This document shows, piece after piece, positions 1 to 6,014 of a stretch of 11,562 nt of DNA (positions within the stretch are counted from its first letter, which is position 1; every line of letters starts with the position of its first letter). Under the pieces are notes generated by a model, which saw only the letters and a list, made by a program, of their open reading frames with translations, had not been told where the DNA came from and did not search any database. The stretch spans positions 1 to 11,562 of the forward strand of contig CAYWXY010000074.1 of the NCBI GenBank assembly GCA_964462555.1, read 5' to 3'. The position numbers and the translations under genes were made by a program. Source of the DNA: an uncultured Pseudomonadota bacterium (lineage in GTDB: Bacteria > UBA10199 > GCA-002796325 > CAYWXY01).

Positions 1-1196
1 ACGATTGTCCCGATCCCTGCCAACATAACATCTTCATTCTTCTCCCTGAGCAGCCAATTGACGATCGGACTGACACAATCAACTCCGCATCTATCTAACA
101 TCCACATAAAACGAACCCTTACCTCGGAAAATTTTATTTTGTCTCCATTTTTCAAAACCTTCATTATAAATTTCTTTTTTGATTCATCGGAGAGACGCCT
201 TGTCATACAAAAGACACTTCGGGCCTCTTTAAGATTATCGCTATATATTAATGACGTCATCACTCTTATCAGTGCGTCTTTGTCGCTTTCAGATTCCCAT
301 TCGTTGAATGCCTTATCGACCCGAACCCACCCAACAGTCCTCTTCTTTGTCTCTCTCGCTATATGCTGGACCAGACGCTTGGCGCCCTCTTCATTTTCTG
401 GGATGGCATTTTCCAGATCATCGAATATACACTGGCTGCTCCCCCCACCTCCCGAGTTCTTCCACGTCTCCTTCTGTTTTTTCCATGCTCTTACTCTCCT
501 CTTACCAACATATGAAACGTTTGAGTCTCCCTCACCACCTACAACACCAATACCTCCCTTCGCCCTTTTTCTGGCGAGATCATCCTCTTTATTCTCTGCA
601 ACGGCAACATTCTCACTCTTTTTTTGTGGAATCTTTTTTACTGGGCGTTTCTTCTTGGAGGGTTTCTTCTTAGGTTCTTTTTTTGCGGCAACCACAACGG
701 CCTCTTTCCTGAGTGGAAAAACATCACCGACCTCGTCCATATAGATTTCTAAATATTTCTTAGCGCTCTCTTCGAATATCATATATCTGACGGTTGGTTC
801 TCTCCCGATATTTTTCCAGGCCGATTTATACTTATCAATAAAACTTTGATAATCTTTTTTGGCTATATGGCCAATGACTTCCAGATTATTTGAATCGGCA
901 CACTGCATGCCAAAATAGATATCCCGTTTCTGAAGAGGAACTGTTTCGACGACCTCCCCCTCAACTTGCAACAAATCTTTTTCGTTTCGGATGTTAATTT
1001 TCCGGACATCTGTCTCTGGGCCCTCATACAATGTGACGGAGTCCGGCTCCGACCAGCAGATCGGTATAGTCTTTTCCCGAAATTCGGGTGCCACCTCACC
1101 CGTAAAGACAGAAACCTGTTCTTCTGAATTTTCATTTGAATCGATAGAAGTGGCGCCGAACGCAAGTTTCAGCGCAATGAGTAAAGTGTCCCCCAT
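1..1196 (-). CDS. Hypothetical protein, partial. N-terminus is in the window and the C-terminus lies beyond the window start. It contains a Lys-rich low-complexity linker (KKEPKKKPSKKKRPVKKIPQKK).
   Basis: Hand reverse-complement translation from ATG (plus coords 1194-1196) gives ~398 codons with no stop down to position 3: MGDTLLIALKLAFGATSIDSNENSEEQ...KKEPKKKPSKKKRPVKK...WKNSGGGGSSQCIFDDLENAIPENEEGAKRLVQHIARETKK.... An SD-like AGGGGA lies 5 nt upstream (plus 1202-1207). An in-frame stop sits just upstream at 1224-1226. It is absent from the ORF track only because no stop falls inside the window. The listed + ORF 58..744 is its low-complexity antisense shadow. Confidence 0.55.
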   Translation of the reverse strand, partial: MGDTLLIALKLAFGATSIDSNENSEEQVSVFTGEVAPEFREKTIPICWSEPDSVTLYEGPETDVRKINIRNEKDLLQVEGEVVETVPLQKRDIYFGMQCADSNNLEVIGHIAKKDYQSFIDKYKSAWKNIGREPTVRYMIFEESAKKYLEIYMDEVGDVFPLRKEAVVVAAKKEPKKKPSKKKRPVKKIPQKKSENVAVAENKEDDLARKRAKGGIGVVGGEGDSNVSYVGKRRVRAWKKQKETWKNSGGGGSSQCIFDDLENAIPENEEGAKRLVQHIARETKKRTVGWVRVDKAFNEWESESDKDALIRVMTSLIYSDNLKEARSVFCMTRRLSDESKKKFIMKVLKNGDKIKFSEVRVRFMWMLDRCGVDCVSPIVNWLLREKNEDVMLAGIGTI

Positions 1197-1352
1197 AGAC
1201 GTCCCCTGGATAAATGACCCCCGTCATCATTATTATTATCGGCAAATCAATGCCCTAAAGTTGCCTTTGTATTTACCTAATAATATCAACCGGTTATAGC
1301 GATAGACCAAAGGGGGCGTGGCAGCTCACTCTGTCATATGTAGTTACATTAT

Positions 1353-1383
1353 TTGCTATACGAAAACCACAAATCGGTATAGT
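1353..1383 (+). promoter_or_regulatory. Putative sigma70-type promoter for the SPFH gene: TTGCTA, 19-nt spacer, TATAGT.
   Basis: TTGCTA at 1353-1358 and TATAGT at 1378-1383, about 40 nt upstream of the ATG at 1425. The spacer is long (19 nt), so the call is weak. Confidence 0.2.
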
Positions 1384-1424
1384 AGGTTACTCCACTATCG
1401 CACACATAACAAAGGAGTCTGAAT

Positions 1425-2252
1425 ATGACAGATGGATACAATCAGGATCTCACAGTTTACATTAAGAAGTACAAAAAGTTTCTTCCACTAATCTTGGCAG
1501 GTCTCATCGCCCTAATTGTAATCACCGATGGGTTTTTTACAATCCAACCTGGAGAGGTGGGCATCAAGGTTCGACTTGGAAAGATCGTCGACTCCTATTC
1601 AGAAGGTCTCTATTTTAAAATTCCTTTCATCGAAAAAATTGATCGCTTCAGCATCCGGATTCAACGCGCAGATATCAAAACGTCGGCTTTCAGTAATGAC
1701 ATGCAGACGATCGTTGTCGACATGGCGATCAACCATAGAATTGAAAAAAGTACGGTGGTATCCATCTACAGAAACCTTGGGCCAGACTATGTGAAAACCG
1801 TTATTGATCCAATCACACAGGAGTCTGTCAAATCGATTACCGCTAAGTATTCAGCGGAAAAAATCATTTCTAGCCGAGCAGACGTCACGGCAGAAATGGA
1901 TCAGGTCGTCAAAGCGCGACTTGAAGAGAAACAGATCATCGTCACTGATCTTTCCATTACTAATTTTGAGTTCACGCCTGATTTTTTAAAGTCCGTTGAG
2001 GATAAACAGATCGCAGAGCAGATGGCCAAAAAGGCTGAAAAAGATGTCGAACGTGTCAAGAAAGAGGCCATCCAGGTGATTGAACGCGCACGGGCCGAGG
2101 CAGAATCATTAAAACTCCAGCGTGAAGCGGTTTCAGCACAACTGATCGAACTCAGAAAAGTTGAAGCCCAAATCAAGGCAATTGACAAGTGGAATGGCAC
2201 GCTACCCCAATACACAGGAAGTGGCCCTGTGCCATTTATTAATGTAAAATAG
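1425..2252 (+). CDS. SPFH / band-7 (prohibitin/HflC-like) family membrane protein.
   Basis: Complete 275-aa ORF with ATG start; RBS AGGAG at 1413-1417 with 7-nt spacing. There is an N-terminal TM segment (FLPLILAGLIALIVI), then an SPFH-type core (QPGEVGIKVRLGKI...), then a charged coiled-coil tail (EQMAKKAEKDVERVKKEAIQVIERARAEAESLKLQREA). This architecture is typical of prohibitin/HflK/C family proteins. Confidence 0.85.
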   Translation: MTDGYNQDLTVYIKKYKKFLPLILAGLIALIVITDGFFTIQPGEVGIKVRLGKIVDSYSEGLYFKIPFIEKIDRFSIRIQRADIKTSAFSNDMQTIVVDMAINHRIEKSTVVSIYRNLGPDYVKTVIDPITQESVKSITAKYSAEKIISSRADVTAEMDQVVKARLEEKQIIVTDLSITNFEFTPDFLKSVEDKQIAEQMAKKAEKDVERVKKEAIQVIERARAEAESLKLQREAVSAQLIELRKVEAQIKAIDKWNGTLPQYTGSGPVPFINVK

Positions 2253-2273
2253 ATTCATTTATTATTTCGATAT

Positions 2274-2303
2274 AAAAAAACCGCCCCTTCGGGCGGTTTT
2301 TTT
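2274..2303. terminator. Bidirectional rho-independent terminator between the convergent SPFH and methyltransferase genes.
   Basis: A7 run (2274-2280), stem CCGCCC (2281-2286), loop CTTC, stem GGGCGG (2291-2296), T7 run (2297-2303). It reads as a hairpin plus U-tail on both strands. Confidence 0.85.
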
Positions 2304-2341
2304 GTTTTATGATATATCTATTCTGGGAAGGGCTAAGATCT

Positions 2342-3109
2342 TCATGATCCCTTTTGACCTATAAAAAAGGCATAACCATATTCGTCGTTATACTTCTTGA
2401 AGAGCTCGATCTCTTCTTTGACGCCTTGTAAAATCTCTTTTACACCGGGCCTCAATTCCTTTTCAGAATAAGTGGCAACACGCGCTTCGAGAATATCATA
2501 AAACCCATCCCACCAGTCGCTCTTCGGCATCAAAAAATAATCGAGCAACCGGTAGCCACACCCCCCAATCCTTTCGATTACTTTCTCGACCATATGCACA
2601 TCAGGATACATTTTATCCCAGAACGCCTTTATCTCTTCGGATGGATTCTCTGTGAACCAGACCGCCTCTGAAACAGCAACACAACCTCCATCCTCCAGGT
2701 AGTCCCTCCAGCAACGAAGACCCTTTTCAAAACCAACATTATAGATGGAGCTTTCCGACCAGATCAGATCGTACTTATTCTTCGAAAACGAGAGATCATC
2801 CATACTCCCCTGAACAACCTCAATGCGATCAGAAAAGTCACTCTTTCCAATATTTTTCTTTAAGGCCTCAATCTGCTGATCGAAATGGTCAAGGGCCGTG
2901 ATCGCTGCCGACGTCTCTTCGGCGAGGAGAATCGTATGCCTCCCAGTTCCACACCCAGCGTCCAAAATATATTTTGCATCTTTATAGTTTGGAATAGCAT
3001 GTAGCGCGCGAAGACTACTCTCCCGACTCCCCGGCCCCTGTTTGGGCAGGTCACCAAAAAGCTCAAAGAAGAAGTCCATCTCACCCTTAAAAAAATCACC
3101 CTCACTCAT
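2342..3109 (-). CDS. Class I SAM-dependent methyltransferase (small-molecule MTase-like; substrate unknown).
   Basis: 255-aa ORF. Rossmann motif I ILDAGCGTGRHTILLAEE; acidic residue after beta-2 (ITALDHF); motif post-I/II region (IEVVQGSMDDL..YDLIWSESSIYNV); LEDGGCVAVSE resembles motif III. RBS GGAGG lies 8 nt upstream, inside the 3' end of the antiporter gene. The ATG overlaps the antiporter stop (TAATG). Confidence 0.85.
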   Translation of the reverse strand: MSEGDFFKGEMDFFFELFGDLPKQGPGSRESSLRALHAIPNYKDAKYILDAGCGTGRHTILLAEETSAAITALDHFDQQIEALKKNIGKSDFSDRIEVVQGSMDDLSFSKNKYDLIWSESSIYNVGFEKGLRCWRDYLEDGGCVAVSEAVWFTENPSEEIKAFWDKMYPDVHMVEKVIERIGGCGYRLLDYFLMPKSDWWDGFYDILEARVATYSEKELRPGVKEILQGVKEEIELFKKYNDEYGYAFFIGQKGS

Positions 3110-4410
3110 TACGCCGTCCTCCGGTCCTTTCCGACATAGAAGATGAAGGTGCCGAGCATCACGATGACAGCAACAACCAGATAACTCGGTGTTGCGCCGG
3201 CAAGGGCCACAAAACAGAAGACCGATGCAATGAGTGACGCGATAATGGGCAGGATTGCCTTGCGATTTCGGAGTCCATACATCTTAATTAGGCGCAATGC
3301 CGAATAGAGATAGGCTGGCAACGTGAGCAGGACAGCAATATCCGCAATATGACCAAAAATTTGCTGTGTATTTTCCTTTCTCGACATGATCATCAAAAAG
3401 ACCATCAGGCAGGTCATAAAGAGGGCGCTCAACAAAAGACCACTAACAGGCAAACCATCCTTATTTGTTTTGCCAAAAATGTTTGGCAACGTTCTGTCAC
3501 GGGCCGCACGAGCACCAGCCTGCGAAACTAGGAGCATCCACGAACCGAGTGAACAGAGGCAGGCAAATGCCACAATGGCCGAAACAATCTTCGGTGCCCA
3601 ATCTCCAAACATATGTCCCGCCGCGAGCGAAAACGGCGCGCCCGATTCTGCGACAAGTTCGGCAGGAAACATTCCCGAAATAACGGTACACGAAAGAATA
3701 TAGACAGCACCGGCAATACATGTTCCGGCAATTGTCGAGACCGGAATCGTTCGCTTCGGATTTTTCACGACGCCGGCACCGACCGACGCACTCTCAACAC
3801 CGATAAAACTCCAAATGCAAAGTAAAATAGCCGCCATAATGGCATGCGATGGTGTGTCATGTCCTACAACCCAGTTGGCAGAAAAGTGACTATGTTCAAA
3901 AAAGTGCCAACCGTATGTTCCTGTAATGAGGACAGGGATGATTAGAAGAATAACGCCGATCGAAACCAGTCGTCCGATCCAATGGGCGCCGGTCATATTG
4001 ATCCCAGTAAAGACCCAAATGACGCCGATCGTTGCAATGCCGCCGATGATCGGGTCCGTCAGTACTGGAAAGAAGACCGAAAGATAATCGATACCGGTGA
4101 TGGCAATCGCCAAATTTCCAATCCAATTGGCATGGAAATAGAGAACACCGGTTTGAAATCCAAGTATTGGTGCCACCTCACCGGCATAGGCCACCGGACC
4201 ACCCGCCTGCGGGTTTTCGGTACCCAGTTTTGCGTAGACGTATGCCAGGGCCAACGCGCCCAACCCGACAATAAGCCACGCAACGAGTGAAATAGAACCA
4301 ATCCTGGCAAGGTTGGAAGGAAGAAGTGCAATGCCGGAACCCATCATATTCCCCGCCACAATGGCCGTTGCACCGAACAAGCCGATCTTTTTGACGTCAC
4401 CCTTATCCAT
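3109..4410 (-). CDS. APA-family (APC superfamily) basic amino acid/polyamine antiporter, AdiC/PotE/CadB/ArcD-like.
   Basis: 433-aa polytopic membrane protein. The N-terminal signature [28 protein letters not shown] matches AdiC/PotE, as do [33 protein letters not shown] and [30 protein letters not shown] (compare AdiC [24 protein letters not shown]). SD AAGGGGG lies 4 nt upstream of the ATG at 4410. Confidence 0.85.
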   Translation of the reverse strand: [433 protein letters not shown]

Positions 4411-4413
4411 AAT

Positions 4414-4519
4414 GCCCCCTTTTAACCAACTCCCGGAGTTCAGGCCTCGGGCCCGGGAATCAAACTCCGGGAGTTAATTCCGTGTATAATACTGGATAAC
4501 ATGAGCGATTAAAAGGGGG
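4414..4519. repeat. Nested inverted repeats in the lipoprotein-antiporter intergenic region. The outer 11-bp IR is cccccttttaa (4414-4424) with ttaaaaggggg (4509-4519). The inner perfect 13-bp IR is aactcccggagtt (4428-4440) with aactccgggagtt (4463-4475), around a GC-rich palindromic loop (cctcgggcccggg).
   Basis: Direct reading of the sequence. The inner IR can form a 13-bp stem with a 22-nt loop, ending 2 nt upstream of the antiporter SD on the minus-strand transcript. There is no U-tail, so it is not a canonical intrinsic terminator. Confidence 0.5.
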
Positions 4520-4524
4520 AAATC

Positions 4525-5793
4525 TCAGCGGACCCATTTGGCATAGGGCGCCACATCTGGCGGAAATTCCCAGTTGAAGAAACGAACATCAGACAACGAT
4601 ACGGGCGTCTCAGAACAGTGAAGAACTGCACGAAGACCATCTGTAAAATAGACGTCACCGCCAAGGTTGCTTCGCCCATCATCGACGGTTACAGGCCCCA
4701 CACCTTTTACATAACCGAGCTGCGAAAGCGCCTCCGCTGTCGCAACCGTTTGAATCAGGTAGAACCGATCGCTGTCAACATCGGGATCAATCACATGCGT
4801 TGTAAGGAAGCCGGTCTTGAGAGTAAACTTCACACCAATGTCACGACTGATCTGACCAATCCAAACCGGCTGATCCTTGTAGCGTAGCGGTGTTAGCCAA
4901 ATGCGCAGGTGATTTCGCTCCTTGACCGTTCCCCTCGCCTTCTGAAATGCCGCATCCTGTGGCCTCCCGAAGACATAGAGAGAGCTGACCGGCGCATGAC
5001 GGTATTCTTCACGAAGAAGAAACGAACGAATCGTCAGCCACACCGAACGAAACGAAAGTTCCTCCGTCACCTCCCAACCACCCCCAATAAGGGCAGTCAA
5101 AACAGCATTCAGATCACCGATAAAGACCAGATTAAGGGGATCTCCATTGCGTGAACCATCCTTATTGGTCGTGCAACAGGGAAGTTTATTCAACTCTTCG
5201 CGGAGCGCCTTCTCGTCACATTCCGTGATCTCATCCGCTGAATAGAGGTTTTCTAAATCGACCTCCTGATAGTCAGCACGAATACCAGGAACCTCCACGA
5301 CGGAGCGAAAACTCTTGAAGCCATCCAAACCAAGAAGGGTCACATCGATATATTTGAGACCCGGATCAACCTGCGTAAAAAGAAAACCTGACTTTGTCGT
5401 TTTTGGAGGTATAAAGTTAGAGAGAGCCGATTCCTTAAACTGATCGTTTAGTTGTTTGTTCCTCTTGGACCAAAACCAATACCGCGTGATATAGGCCACC
5501 TCTGCTGGTGAATAATAGTTTGGGTCGGTTTTCATCGGAAAAAGCCAATAAGGCTTGGCGCTCATATTAATGATCTCAATCCAGACCGGTTGGATGTTAT
5601 TGCTGAACAAATTGGCGCCAAAAAAAACCTGCTTAGACTCTTCTCCGCCAAGAGCTACCATTTTCACATGAAGGTCGCCGTCAAAACGACTCACTGCCCG
5701 CTCCTTGAACGGCGAAACTTCACTCGGCATTGGCTGAAAATATCTGCAGCCCATGGCCATGACGATCACGAATAAAATTAAAAGCTTCTTCAT
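4525..5793 (-). CDS. Exported protein or putative lipoprotein of unknown function. The ORF is open to an ATG at 5889, but the signal-peptide-consistent start is the ATG at 5793 (MKKLLILFVIVMAMGC...).
   Basis: 454-aa ORF (422 aa from M33). After M33 there is a classic n-region (KK), an h-region (LLILFVIVMAM) and a Cys-containing site (AMGC), suggesting a signal peptide or lipobox. No recognisable catalytic motifs. The C-terminal half (PLNLVFIGDLNAVLTALIGGGWEV...SSLYVFGRPQDAAFQKARGTVKERNHLRIWLTP...QPVWIGQISRDIG) is reminiscent of LssY_C-type domains, from memory only. No convincing SD is present for any of the candidate starts. Confidence 0.65.
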   Translation of the reverse strand: MKKLLILFVIVMAMGCRYFQPMPSEVSPFKERAVSRFDGDLHVKMVALGGEESKQVFFGANLFSNNIQPVWIEIINMSAKPYWLFPMKTDPNYYSPAEVAYITRYWFWSKRNKQLNDQFKESALSNFIPPKTTKSGFLFTQVDPGLKYIDVTLLGLDGFKSFRSVVEVPGIRADYQEVDLENLYSADEITECDEKALREELNKLPCCTTNKDGSRNGDPLNLVFIGDLNAVLTALIGGGWEVTEELSFRSVWLTIRSFLLREEYRHAPVSSLYVFGRPQDAAFQKARGTVKERNHLRIWLTPLRYKDQPVWIGQISRDIGVKFTLKTGFLTTHVIDPDVDSDRFYLIQTVATAEALSQLGYVKGVGPVTVDDGRSNLGGDVYFTDGLRAVLHCSETPVSLSDVRFFNWEFPPDVAPYAKWVR

Positions 5794-5967
5794 ACCCAAG
5801 GTGTACCAAATGAAGGGCACCAGAGTCGACCATATTTTTTGCACCCGAGTAAAAGCCTCGATTTCGGGCCAAAATTCACCCATTGGCATAAAAATGGCGT
5901 TTCTCCATAGACAGAGTATATCTTGAATATGGGTTCAAAATAACATATATATTGTCAGCTGTATTTG

Positions 5968-5997
5968 TTGCTAACCACGGTACATGAACATCGTAAT
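5968..5997 (+). promoter_or_regulatory. Putative promoter for the histidine kinase operon: TTGCTA, 18-nt spacer, CGTAAT.
   Basis: TTGCTA at 5968-5973 and CGTAAT at 5992-5997, about 18 nt upstream of the ATG at 6015. The -10 is weak; low confidence. Confidence 0.2.
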
Positions 5998-6014
5998 TTC
6001 AAGGGGGAGATAGA

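Noticed and set aside
58-744. 228-aa plus-strand ORF (TTG start) and the nested 308..673 ORF.
   Set aside because: The translation is low-complexity (S/L/F/T-rich) and not protein-like. It is antisense to a long, well-behaved minus-strand frame with an SD-preceded ATG at 1196, so it is treated as a shadow ORF.
863-1299. ORFs 863..1165 (-) and 991..1299 (+).
   Set aside because: These are off-frame overlaps of the minus-strand gene, with an R/S-rich unprotein-like composition. The plus one runs through the divergent promoter region.
1528-2215. Small ORFs nested in or antisense to the SPFH gene (1528..1794, 1804..1989, 1901..2215).
   Set aside because: They lie entirely inside a strongly supported SPFH coding frame, and their translations are basic or low-complexity.
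2860-4331. Multiple 60-105-aa ORFs inside the methyltransferase and antiporter genes on both strands.
   Set aside because: These are alternative-frame or antisense artefacts of GC-rich membrane-protein coding sequence. Their translations are rich in Arg, Cys and His.
4428-4475. Intrinsic terminator for the exported-protein gene.
   Set aside because: The 13-bp stem is strong, but it is not followed by a U-tract on the transcribed strand. It is therefore described as a structured element, not a canonical terminator.
4618-5775. Plus-strand ORFs antisense to the exported-protein gene.
   Set aside because: There are no RBS signals, and the composition is basic and Arg-rich, typical of antisense frames.
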